In this document: piece after piece, positions 38,546 through 51,292 of the stretch
Layout of the letters: each line of letters opens with the position of its first letter
Numbering within the stretch: position 1 is the first letter of the stretch
DNA from: Isurus oxyrinchus
Taxonomy: Eukaryota
Assembly (NCBI GenBank): GCA_026770705.1
Contig: JANJGN010000016.1
Location: forward strand, 48,856,001 to 48,920,000
Direction: 5' to 3'
DNA: 64,000 nt
Notes under the pieces: model-generated
Seen by the model: only the letters and a program-made list of their open reading frames with translations
What the model was told of the DNA's origin: nothing
Database searches by the model: none
Program-made: the position numbers and the translations under genes

Positions 38546-40379
38546 TAGCGCCCAATCCGAGTTTTTACGTGGCTCATCCACGTTGTGTCTTAACTGCAGG
38601 AAACCACAGCCAAGGGCGGTGAAAAGGTCTCCGCCGAGGGCCGCGAATCAGGTGGAAACGGAGCTCTAGGTCGCTTGGTCTTGATTTTCAGCCTGATAAA
38701 ATTTGGCAAGCGTGGATGTTTGTCACTTAGGTAGCAATGAAACCAGGAAGCCGGTCACATGGTTAGTGGTCCGAAGACCTACCCTGAATTACATCATCTG
38801 ATGTGTGTTACTTTATTAATTATTTATTTACTTTAACAAGGAAAAAGCCGTAATTTAGTTAATATAATCGTAATTAACATTAAGTAACCACTACCAAATA
38901 GTTAAACAAGGTAAAATAACTAATCAAAATGCCAGACAACTTAGGTTCACTTAACCCTTATTTACAAAAAGTCCACCTTACCCACCCACCGGGGATCAGG
39001 TGTTAGGCCTCCCACCCTGGAGATATACAAACACCAGTGTTCATCTTATGGTACTGCATCATCTCACCTGACTTCACAGTTATAATTTCAATTATTGTTT
39101 GCTGGTAATCTGTAAATTTCAGTTTGGATATACTTTTATCAGAATGAAGTGGGAATGCAGAGATCAATATATTCAAAATAGCTCCCATTTATTGTGGCTA
39201 AACTATTGATGATACAGAGGCTTGACCTAAATTTAATTGGCTTTTAAGGTTGCCAAAGAAGTGGGAAATCAACTCAGCAAATTTCCTCCAGATAATATTT
39301 TTAATTGGAATTATTTCTTTGTTAATATTCAAATATTATCTTCTTTACTTCACTCAGATGTTCTTTCTGTCACTGACCTTTGTTGGTGAAGAGCTGTGCC
39401 ATGTGCTACTTTGCACTGCTTCACATGAAGTGAGAGAGAGAGTGCCTCATGGTGACTAATTCTTGAAATTACCATGTGTTCTCTCCCCCCCACCCTCCCC
39501 CGCCAACAGCCTCACCTCACCCCCATATGTTTCAGATTGCAAATGGACCATGCTGATAATCACAGATGCAAAGCTGCATCATGCTACTGTATAGGATGTG
39601 TTGAAGCTCTAATAAGTGATAATTGCAATCTTGGTTTATATAATGCTTTGTTAATGCCATCTTATGCAGTTGGAAATACTGGGATTATGGCTAATATTTA
39701 CCTTGACTGCTGATGAGTACACATTCATGGTTATAGTGAACAATTTAGAAAACTTTGTTTCTATTTATTTTTAACAAACTGATTATAGGCCAGGCCTGGT
39801 TAATTTATACTTTTTTGATCAGGTACGCATCATCTTCACTTACAATGGAACAACCTTATTTTTTGTTCTTACTTAGTTAACATTAAAATTGTTTCCCCTT
39901 TTAAGAGTCAGTTGAAAATAACTAATTGCTAAATTAGTTATTGCTTCTGAAACAGTATTGCAGTTTTGATCCAGTGTGTAATGTTGAGTAGTGAGCTAAG
40001 TAATTTAATAAAGCTTAGCTGACTATTAATCAACCTGAAGCTCCTTTGTCCAGTGTGAACCCTGCTGAAATGTTTACTGTGACCTGCAGAAAAAGGAACT
40101 TCAGTGGAAGGAAAGAAGGGATAACAAAATCAGGCATGAAATCATCTGGCAAAAAGTGCACTGCAAGCAAACTAAATTGATTATAGTTGAGAAGAGAAAG
40201 AAAGAATAACAAAATAGAAACATTGTTATTTGAATATTCATGATGCTATGCATAAAACATCCCTGATTTTGGGCATCTGTCCCTCATTTTCACATGCTGT
40301 GCCTCAGATTTTCAGTTTGCAAATTGAGGTATAGGTGGTACTGCCCCATGGTTTTGTTCTTTCAATAATTGTTCCTTGG

Positions 40380-40750
40380 GACAGAAACAGCGCTGAAATT
40401 ATTCAGCCAGCCAGTCAGTATCTGTGGAGAGAAATAGACGAATTAATGTTTCAATTGTAATGCACTATGAAGTGCATCGTAAAGCATCAAAAAATTGCAG
40501 AACATTTAAAAGAGAAGAACGTGGGAAGAAAAAAATTACGCATGTGGATATATACAAACGTATAAAGTGCTTTTGCCTCCGCCCCTCTCCTTTGTCCTTT
40601 CTCAATGTTGTTAATTTGTAATATTTTTATAGTTCTGATTGATTACACCTAAAGAGTTAAATTGTTTGTCTCCATAGATGTTGATTGACTTGCCATATAT
40701 TTCTAGCATTTCATGTTTTATTTCGGCTTACCAGTATTTGCAAGTTTTTT
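40380..40750. mobile_element. Old degenerate fold-back PLE pseudo-LTR
   Basis: Left arm gctgaaattattcagccagccagtcagtatctgtggaga and right arm tctccatagatgttgattgacttgccatatatttctagc are inverted and match PLE ends elsewhere. Confidence 0.55.
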
Positions 40751-40829
40751 TTTTGTTTCATTTATTGGGTCTACTTTTTTGCTAGATAAATGCTAACATT
40801 GTCATTTTTTCATTTGATGAATTTTTTAA

Positions 40830-41290
40830 AACACAGAGCTTCCGATTTCTGGGGGAGGGGGTCATACTCAGGAGGTACCCAAAACGACAGGCAAAGACTG
40901 CATGGGAATTGTCTGGGACGATCAAATTCTGATGGACAATTACCCTGTGCTGGGAACTGTCTGGTACATTGATTTAAATTGGAGACTTCAGATGGCTCCA
41001 ACTCATTTAGCAGAATAGATACCCAGGAAAAGTTAGAAGAATTAAAATCACTTCTAATTCTTGGGTGACTAATCTCTCTGACTACATCTCCACCCTCACC
41101 AATGACACTCCTGAACTCCCGACCATACTTCCATAATCCCTTACTGACCACCCTAACCACCACCACCACCCCCGTCCAACTGTTGGTTAAGGTTCAGAAA
41201 CACCGTGTTCATTAACTGAACCACCAAATTCAGAATGTCTTGGATGTTAGCAGATTTTGCTGCCTCAGGTCAAGGGCTACAGAATATTTG
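40830..41290. mobile_element. MITE-like DNA element fragment
   Basis: Homologous to 2000-2289; ends agaatatttgcccc (Harbinger-like TIR). Confidence 0.45.
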
Positions 41291-41294
41291 CCCC

Positions 41295-42015
41295 TTATGT
41301 AGAGCTGGATAAACACATAGGGAAAGCGCTACTGCCTTTGGCTAACTCGCAAAATGTGTGTAGGATTACACCAAGCTGACTCTTAGGCCCAGGCTGATGG
41401 TTTATAAGGCCTGTGTTCTCAACATCTCGCTGTATGGCTGTAAAACATGGGTGACTTACAGCTCCCAGGAAAAGATAACTTGCACCTTTGCTGTCCGCGG
41501 TGCATTATGGGTATTTCCTGGCTGGACAAAATCACGAATGCAGCAGTACTCTCAAAGGCAGAGCTCCCAAGTTCATTGGCACTATCAAACAGGTGGCTTT
41601 GGTGACTCGGGCATGATAGAAGACAGTCACATACCCAAGGATCTTTTGTATGGTGAGGTAACCAGAGCCAGGTGACCAGTGGGGCACTCACGCCTCCATT
41701 TCAAGGATGCTTGCAAGTGTGACATGAAGTCCCAACATAGACTATCACACCTGGGATTCACTAGCTGGCGAAAGAGGGAAATGGTGACACCTCCTGTGAG
41801 CTGGCATGTACTACTACCACGAGCAGTGGCAATAGGTACCAGTGCCATAAACCACAGCCCATAGGGTTAATTGGCAGCTTCAAGTGCAGCGCTTGTGGCA
41901 GAACCTGCCTCTCAAGGATTGGCCTTCACGGCTATCAGCAAAAGTGCACCAAATGAAGGCACCCACCTAAAGGATTGTTTCCCGTGTGTCCATCATAGAT
42001 GGAAGGATGCCAACA
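41295..42015 (+). mobile_element. RTE-clade LINE 3' fragment
   Basis: MVYKACVLNISLYGCKTWVTY..IPKDLLYGE; C-terminal CSACGRTCLSRIGL zinc-finger-like motif; ends gatggaaggatgcc. Confidence 0.8.
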
Positions 42016-42029
42016 CAAACTTATCTTAG

Positions 42030-42260
42030 GATCATAGATTGATTACAGCTACAGCACAAAAGTAGGAAATTCAACCTGTCATGTCCATGCCAGTTCTCTG
42101 CAAGAACAACTCATCTAGTCCCACCGCCTTATCTTTTCACTGTAACGCTGTAAATGTTTTCTCTTCAGACAATTGTCCAATCTCCTTTTGAAAGTCAGAA
42201 TTGAATCTACCTCCACCACACTCTCAGGCAGTCCATTCTAGATCTTAACCACTTACTGTG
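42030..42260 (-). mobile_element. CR1 3' end fragment
   Basis: Homologous to 35575-35800. Confidence 0.6.
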
Positions 42261-42632
42261 TATTTGGTACTCTCTTAATAACTATTGTTTATCTGCACCG
42301 ACAGCTAATCCTTGTAGCAAAGTCTGTCCATTAGTCTTCTGGCTTTCAATCTCTGCTTGTTCCACTTCTTTTGAGTATATTCAAAGAGTGTATGCACAGA
42401 CTTTTATTCCATGCCTGGCAAGTTTATTTTTTCAATGACAAGTGTCATGGTGAACATCTCTTTTGGCTGGACTCTCATGATCTTATTGCATTATGTTATT
42501 TCAACTCTTTGCTGGGAATGGCTTTACTGGTGGCAAACCCTTTGTACCATAACCAATTGTCATTCTTCAATCAGGGAAATCTGAGCTTATTTCTCCCCCA
42601 ACCCCTGCACTTCACTTCATTCCCTAACTTGT

Positions 42633-43865
42633 AAAAAAAAAAATTCTTTCACAGGATATAGGTATCATTGGCTAGGTCACCATTAATTACCCATCCCTAA
42701 CTGCCCTTGAGAAGGAGGTGATGAACTGTTACCTTGAGCCTCTGCGGTGTAGGTGCATCCACAATGCCGTAAGACAGGGGGTTCCATGATTTTGACCTAG
42801 TAACAGTGAAGGAACGACAATATAGTTTCAAGTCAGGATGGTGTGTGACTTGAAGGAGAACTCACAGATGGTTGTGTTCCCATGCATCTGCTGCCTCTTT
42901 GTCCTACATGGTAGGAGTCGTGGGTTGGAAGGTGCTGTCGAAGCGATGGTGAGTTGCTGCAGTGCATCTTGTATATGGTACACACTGCTGCCACAGTGTG
43001 TTGGCACTAGAGGGAATTGCTGTTTAAGGTGGTGGATGGAGCACCAATCAAGCAGGCTGCTTTGACTTGGATGCTGTTGAGTTCCTTGAGTGTATTTGGA
43101 GCTGCACTCATCCAGGCAAGTGGAGAGTATTCCATCACACTCCTTACTTGTGGCTTGTAAATTGCGGACAAGCTTTGAGGAGTCGGGAGGTGAGTTACTC
43201 GTTGCAGAATTCCCAGCCTCTGTTATATGGCTGGTCTATTTCAATTTCTTGTCAGTGGTTCCCACCAGGATGTTGTTAGTGGCAGATTCAGAATTTGGTA
43301 ATGCCATTTAATGTCAAAATGAGATGATTAGATCCTGTCTTGTTGGAGATGGTCACTGCCTGGCACTTATGTGGCGTGGATGTTACTTGCCATTTATTAG
43401 CCCTAGATTGAATGTTGTCCAGATCTTGCTGACTGCTTCAATGTCTGAGAAACTGTAAATGGTGCTGAACATTGTGCAATCATCAGTGAACATCCCCATT
43501 TCTGATCATGATGGAGAGAAGATAATTGATGAAGCAACTAAAGATGATTGGGCCTAGGACACTACCCTGAGGAACTCCTGCAGCAATGTCCAGGGACTAT
43601 CATAATTGACCTCCAGTATACACAACCATCTTTCTCTGTGCAAGGCATGACTAACCAGCAGAGAGTCCCCCCCCCACCCCCAGATTTCCATTTACTTCAG
43701 TTTTGCTTAGGCTCCTTGATGCCTCACGGTCATTGCTGCCTTAATGTCAAGGATAGTCACCCTCACCTCCCCTCTGTAGCTCAGCTCTTTTGCCCATTTT
43801 TTGGATCAAGGCTGTAATGAAGTCAGGAGCTGAGTGGCCCTGGTGGAGCCCAAATTGTGTGTCAG
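42633..43865 (-). mobile_element. LINE family A, 5'-truncated
   Basis: TQFGLHQGHSAPDFITALIQ; collinear with 51293-52540; same 3' end as other copies. Confidence 0.88.
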
Positions 43866-46800
43866 TTAAATAGTATACTAAACAAATAGAGTGAGATTGC
43901 ACTAGGTGGTTCATAGAGTAAGACACTGGCACAGATTTGATGGGCCAAACGGTCTGTTTCTGTGCTGCAGTATTAAATGATTTATCTCCACTCAATGCAA
44001 AAATTGTTTGCTAATGTATTTTTAGTTTCCTTTTGAATGTGAAATAGCATTCAATTTTGAATGCCTTTGCAATAGTTTGACCTGAAAAAATGGCATTTAC
44101 TTTTTAAACTCTTGAGGACTGCATGCATTTAAAAATAATGACATTTTTCATGATCTTGGCCACCATTAGGAACACACACTTGTTTCAATATTTTCCTTTG
44201 TTTTGTCATAAACATGGTTTAATAATATCATTTTAGAAATTAAAATGTTGGCAAACACTTATAAGATTCTGAAATTCTTAAGTCTCTAATGGTCAACTGA
44301 AATTTTGATTATTGTGTATTTAACTAAGGCCCCCATATCCTGATTAATGTGGCATTGTAAGGATCTTAGAGTGGCATGTCATGACTAATTATTTTACTGA
44401 TGTATTTTATTGGTAGCTAGTGTTTCATAAGTAAGGGGCATCTCCTGATGTGAAAATCAAAATCCACTTTGTACCAATTCCTCAGTGAAAGCTTAAATGC
44501 TAAGTTGAAGTTAAAGCATTTACATGCCATTCAACTGAATCTGAAATCTGAGAAATCTAAGCCACTTATGATTACTGTTTCACCTGTTGATTAAATTAAC
44601 AAATTTTGAGTTTTTAAAAAATGTGAATTATTGTAGTGTGACTATTACTGTAATAATCCTGTTTTGCGATATGCACTTGACAGATTGTAATAGTGCTAAT
44701 TGAACAGATTAATTCACACTTGCTTCATTCTATTCAAAGAGAGAATCGGTAGCTTGTTTTGCTTTTGACCAGATGGTACTGATGAACACCTACTGTGCAC
44801 TTTAAGTGCTTACTAGAATTACAAAGACAGATCTGTGTTGAGCTCAAAATGGTTGAGAAAGCTGCATTGAATAGATTTTGTGCAACTAAATTAATTCTGG
44901 TGGACCATTACACATTGAGCTGTCTTTTCAAAGCTCTGAGCTCCTTGTTTGCTCTGCAGCAATGAAAAAGTGAAAGGCAGATTACAGCAAACAGAAATAA
45001 AAGTGCTATGAAAGGGAGAAGAAGCCTTAAAGCCTTTTATATGGAATTTGTTTTAAGTGCATTATTTGTGTGCATAAATGGGAAGCCATTTCAGATTTGT
45101 TTTTAAGTGCACTATTTGAGATTTATGAATATGAAAACAACAGCAACATTTAGTAACAGTTGGTTGAATTTATGTCCATAAACTAGAACATCTTTATTTT
45201 AATTTTAGCTCTCAATTTATTCCCATTTCAAACTACTTTTTAAGCAATTTTATAGCTCATACATGCAAATAAATAGAATATATTAAATTTGCTTCCAGCT
45301 TACTAAATTTAAAATCTACTCTTGATTTTGTGCCTTGACCAGAAGTATGTAGGTTTTGGTGCTAAATATAAAATATTGTAGCCTCCCCCCCTCCCCGCTG
45401 TATTACCCTGCCAACCATCCCCATTATAGCAACTTGTCGAAATTTGCTAAAGCTCCCCATGTAGGGAAATTCGGGGATACACTTTAGCTTAGTTTAGGGT
45501 TTGCACTTGAATTTCCTAGCTTTGAACCTAGCACTGTACTGTAATTGTTGGCAGTCTCGATGATGTATTTAGAAGGCAATAAATCTAATGTAAGGAAAAT
45601 ATGTGCTAAACCTTGGACAAAAGACTGACATTGACTGTCTTACCCCTTATCATTGTCTTTTCCAGAGCACAATTGGGAAGTATGTGATATACTAAGGGGT
45701 GGAGAGTGAGTTGGAGTGGTGACCTACCAAGAGAGGGGTAGAATTGGAGAAAAGTTGATTTGTGTACCAGTACTTGCTTATGCTTAAGTTCATGATTACA
45801 TACACTTTTGGTGATTACATGAACACATCAAGATGGGGACTCAAATTTGTCTTCCTGTTTCAAGTCCTTTAATCAAGCATTACAATCAACAGGGTTAAAG
45901 GATTTGGTATTTTACATCAAGAAAATATTCTTCACAGCATAATTTAAAATTAATACTGCCTTAAGCAAGATTTTCCAAAAGGATTATGTTTTAAATAAAC
46001 ATCTCTGAATTTGTCAGTTTCATCTCGTGCTCTTGATAGGGTGATTCCAGATGTTCATTGTTTCAAATATAAATATTTAAATTTTGTGGTATGTTCAGTA
46101 TTGTTTAGCATTTGCAAAATTGTTAAATGAAAATCTATCTCAATCAAACAGTGTTATAATTAAGCACAACTTTATTGTAAAACCAGGGAAAAATATATTA
46201 CAATAATGGGAACTATTGTGCACATAGAGGTCACACTAATCTAAATGGCGGTTTAACAGCTTGTTCATTTGTTTGGTGATAAATACTGCAAAAAACCCTA
46301 GCTGCAATTTAAATGAAGAATAGTAGTCTTGATACTGAGTTTCCTGTAATTTATTGATCCAGAGCAGCAAAATAGTGATTAGCAAGTACAGTCCCACCAA
46401 GCATTTAAACATTTTTTCTGACTGTTTGACCTATTCACATTTAATATGAGCAACAGTAAGCTCAGTGCAAATGTTTGCAAATTGTGGCAGAAATTATGCC
46501 TGGTCGAGTTGCAGGTCCGTGACTAGACGGGAGAGACTGAGGATTTTGTTGGGGTTTTTACAGCTGCAAAAAAAAAAGCATGTGTTCTTAGAATGGCAAT
46601 CTTTGTTTAGTTTTGACACTGACTTTCTTTTTCATACCCAGCAATGGATTAGGTACAACCAAGATGAGATTCATTTATGTTACCCCATTGCAGCTGTTCA
46701 GACATAGGCACAAAAGCTTAAGAACAGCAAGCATAGTTCACACAAGAATCTTTGTATGGAGGTCTCCTTGTTTGCTTTGGATGGCTCTTCTGAGCACTGC

Positions 46801-47299
46801 TTCAGTTATTTCCTGATAGAAATTGTGTTTTGTTAATTTTATCATTAGTAGTATAAATAAGTTTCCAAATGTAAAATTAGAGGCTGAATTAGATTGATTT
46901 TTCCTGAAGCTGTTGAAAATACATTCCAATAATTTATATTCTTTCTTTGAAATTTGAATGGTATCTAAATTTATATTTTTAATTATATCCCAGATTTTGG
47001 ATAGTCCCATTCCTAATTTCACACACAGGTGTATTCATTCAATTGGAGTATAATTTTAAATGGATGAAATTGGTCAGAATCAGGCTTTTAGAAAGGTTTA
47101 TATAGATATACAATCTCGTATGCTGTTAGCATTTTTGAATGTAATTTCAAATGATAAAAGACAGCAATTCAAGTATATGCACAATATAACAATCTTTAGC
47201 AGGAGATGCAACAAACTATGCACTTAGAAGTGCACTCCTTGCTGAAGTGCAAAGAAGTTTGAGAATTGCTTCAGAAGGTTATTAGCCTACTAATAATTG

Positions 47300-48450
47300 G
47301 GAAGATAAACATGAGATGAAACTTATTGAGGAAAAATGTGAAGTGTTGCATTTTTGGAGTAAGAATTAGGAAATTTATATTGAATAGTAACCCCCTTGAT
47401 AGATTCAGGATTCAGTTGCACACTTTACAAAATCTTTACAAATGGGCAAACAAGCTGACAACAACATATGAAATAAAACGTAGAATTTTCATAAATGGGG
47501 CATAGTGTTTTTTTAAAAAAGCTAAGATGTAATGCTAAACCAATACTTATACCTTACATAAATCATTGGTTATGTTGCAATTAGTTTTAATGGATCCAGT
47601 TTGGGTTCCCTACTTTAGGAAGCGTGAAGAAGATACTAAAATGGTTTTGCCAAAATCCTAGTAGGGAACAGAGGCTTTATTTATGAGTATAAACTAGACA
47701 AACTGGAGTTCTGTTTTTATTAGAAAGAAAGACTTACACTTATGTGGTGCCTTTCATGACCACAGGACAAAAGTGAAGTACTTTTGAAGCGTAATTATTG
47801 TTGCAATGTGAGAAACAACAGTAGTCAACACAGTAAGCTCCCACAAACAATAATGTGACAATGTGCAGATAATCTGTTTTTGTGATGTTGATTGAGGGAT
47901 AAATATTTGGCCAAGACACTGGAGAGAACTTCCCAGCTCTTCAAAATAGTGCTATGGGATCCTTTATGTCCACCTGAAGGGGTTGGGAGGGTCTTGGTTT
48001 AATGTCTCATCTGAAAAATGGCACCTCTGACAGTGCAGCACACTCTCAGTACTGTGCTGAAGTGGCAGCCTGGATTTTCTGTGCTCAAGTACTGGAGTGG
48101 GATTGAATCTCCCACCTTCTGACTTATGCCAACCTGAGGCACAGCTGAAGGTAAAGAGGAGGTTAATAAATATGCTCAAAGTTATTAAGGGGTTTCCTAA
48201 GGTAGCAGGGGAAAAATAGTTGGCTTTAGTCAGTAATTAGAGCACCTAAGTTTAGATTGTAAGCAAAAGAACAAAGAGAGAGGTTACAAGAACTTCTTTT
48301 TGCATAGATTTATAGAATGGGATGCTGTACCAGAAATAGCAAAAGGAAACGGCATAGATGTTTGAAAAACTTCAAAGGAATGGGATTAAAAAACGACCCT
48401 TCCTGAAATTGCAGGCCAATTTTTTTTATTCTGTCCTATAACATTCTATG
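47300..48450 (+). mobile_element. Very degenerate CR1 3' region interrupted by a SINE
   Basis: aaaatgtgaagtgttgcatttttggagtaagaat (KCEVLHFG-like); the CR1 text resumes after ~48150. Confidence 0.55.
47725..48140 (-). mobile_element. tRNA-headed Deu-domain SINE with L2-like tail (SacSINE1-like)
   Basis: Reverse complement of 60248-60672; B-box-like gattcaatccc near 48100. Confidence 0.78.
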
Positions 48451-51292
48451 ACATGGTTATTGGTATGTAAGTATTTTGTATGTTTGAACTATGTACTGTA
48501 ATGATTTTCTGGTACTGTAATGTAAAAAAAATGCACCTAGTAAAAGTAAAAATGATGAGGCTCAGAAGAAGATGGAATGTTATAGCTGAATCTTACCATA
48601 GTATTACATATGCAAGGTTTACAGATTAAATGAAGTTAATTCGACCAACACGTCTATGCCAAGGTGTTTATGTTCCACACAAACCCCCTTGTACCTAATG
48701 CCTTCTAACCCTATCCTTATACTTTCTATTCCTTTTTTTCCTTTAAATGAACCTATGCTATTTGTCTCAGTTATTCAGTGTGGTAGAAAGTTCCACATTC
48801 TCACTGTTCTCTTGAGTAAAGAAGATTCAGGGCATACTACTTTTCCATTCTTGGATGTGTACACGAAATTATAGAATAAGTTCCTTTAAAATTGACTTAT
48901 TTTTCAGATTTGAATTTGCAGACCTGAAACTTTGTATCAAAATGAACTTTTAAACAGAACTATGTATGTGTCAGACCTGAGTAGGACTTTGGTTGTAAAC
49001 TCAGAGGCTACTTATAATTTATAAAAGGAAACAAAGCTGAGTTTTTGCTAATGCAGCCAGATCTTAATATGAAAAAATACAACTATTGAATCCAAATAAG
49101 GTCATAATTATTGCAAGAGTAAATGTGATCTAGCCATGAAATTTCTGTACATTAGACAATGATCTTTTCTTGCGCATTGAATGGCATTCCTGATTTTATA
49201 CATAAAATTTAACGGAAATTCATAATCCAAGCATAAATTGTTCCCCAATTATCTGCTTTTTAAATATTCAAGATGCTCTACTGCTAAATTTCCCCTGGGA
49301 TGGTGGGATATTTTAGAACGTAAATCACTGTAAAATATATTTTTGCTAAACATTGTCTATTCATGTTTAGATTAGATTACTGAATAAATGATTACATCTG
49401 CTCTGATGCAAACAATTCCAAATTTTCTGGTTTTATCATGGACCAAGCATAATTATTTTTGGCAAGCTAAGCTGTTACTTTTATCAGAATAAAACTGAGT
49501 ATCCTACTAAATGTATCATCCAGCAGAGGTCTCCCTGTGTTTAACAGTAGTGTTGGAAAACTCAGGAGCTTCTGTTGACATGACTTGTTTTTTTTTGTAC
49601 ATTTGTTCAAATTGTTGAGAGCGGTTTTACTGAGGCAGTATCATATGTGGATATACTGCAATAAACTGAAGCAACTGTGTTTGCTGTGGTTTGCTAAATC
49701 TAAGAACAGTATGTCAGCCTGAGAATGGAACATGTTTGGTCAAAATGTTTCATTATTAATTTTTATGCAAGATGATATGTAATATTCCAAGCAAACAACT
49801 TTACTATTTGAAAATAGGCTTGAGGTCTTCTAAAATGAGGTTTTCATAATTTGTTGGACACTTCATAGTTTTAAAACAAATAATTGTTATTTCAAAGTTC
49901 TGAGTGACTCCAAAAACATTTATTTTTCAGTTAGGTTTTTGGCCAGTATAACACACCTTGAGTACTATCTGTATCTTCATTTTACTTAAAATTCATCTGA
50001 AGTTAGATTTAATTGTTGACACTCTAACCAATCACCACAGTTCTTAAATTCATCATGCAACAAGGACAATATTTTATGGCTAGTTTGGGCTGCTAGCAGC
50101 AAGTCCCACGAGCCATGTAAACCTGTTTTTTCAACATATAGTTCAGTACTGCATGCAATAATGCAAGAGAATACTGTATATTTCTAAGTAGTCAATTTTT
50201 AGAGTATCCAGTAAAAATACAAATTCAATTTTAAAATTTGGCCCCTGCCACTCTATTTTAGTTTGCACTGGGTGTTCTTTTGTGCTCCGTACTCTAACTT
50301 CGGTAAACACAGCTTGTGTCCAGAATGCACAAAGAAGGCATACTGGAAAGCATTTTATTAAGACGAAGCATGGCTACAAATCAATAAACTGCCCTATAGC
50401 ACATAAAATACATGATCCAAAGAGTACAATATCAGTGATAATATACTACAATGCTTAAACTCTACGTATTAATCTATTTTCACATTAACCATTTTAACGA
50501 TAACTGGTCCTAATTTGCCGTTACAGGCTGCTTGGGTTCACTCACTTGCCCTTGGTCTCAGAAGGAGAGGGAAAAAAGAACCACCTACTTTTAGACTGTA
50601 CGGTTGGGGAATTAGCCTGCCAAGTTGTCAATCAACAAGGTCTCTGAATTGAATTCACCTTGAGAACTGTAGGAAAATAACGTCTGTCTTTGTTCAATTA
50701 AGCCTGAATAGCTAGCCATCAGCATTGAATAAAAACTTAACTTTACTGAGCACCAAGGATACTTGTCAGTGATTGGCTATTTCAGCTAAATGACCCCCAT
50801 AGTATTTTGATTTAAAGCTACAGATGCTTGTATTGGTTGTAAAGTGCTTTGGGAAGCCCCAAGGTCATTAAAGGTGCCATAAAAATGCAAGTTTGTTCTT
50901 TTCCTTGTTCCTTGCGTCAATCCATCTAATTTTGCTACTAGCACATGGGTTTTGTCTAGGAGTCGTCCTATCATGAAACGTTTGAGATTGTACACAAAAA
51001 TATCCTCTAACATTTTAAAAATGTTATAGCAGCCACCCTGAATATCATGTTGCCTGTTTTTAGCAGCTTTGTTTAACATTACAGAAATAGCATGGTTTAA
51101 CAAAATTTGGCTCTGCCAGTACAAGTAAAAATCCAAAATGTTACATTAACCCACAAGTTTTTAGTATAAACAAAGTTGATAGTGTGTTATGAAATGACTA
51201 AATAGCATTTCTATGAATTAAAACATCATTCTGGAAATTGAAATTGTAATTTGAAATGCTGAACATAACATTTAGGGTCCATAATTCCTTCC

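Noticed and set aside
37937-38581. 214-aa ORF as a new chimeric stand-alone GIY-YIG nuclease gene
   Set aside because: The listed start at 38581 is GTG, not ATG; the nearby ATG (38577) is in another frame. It is a young truncated PLE frame running 12 codons into the cargo.
37350-38793. LTR (TGTTAGGA...TTACA) interrupted by the PLE
   Set aside because: No matching TSD; the 11-bp duplication at 37401 and 39029 explains the region better.
45520-45660. Possible LF-SINE-like remnant (ttgttggcagtctc)
   Set aside because: Match too short and degenerate to call without an HMM search.
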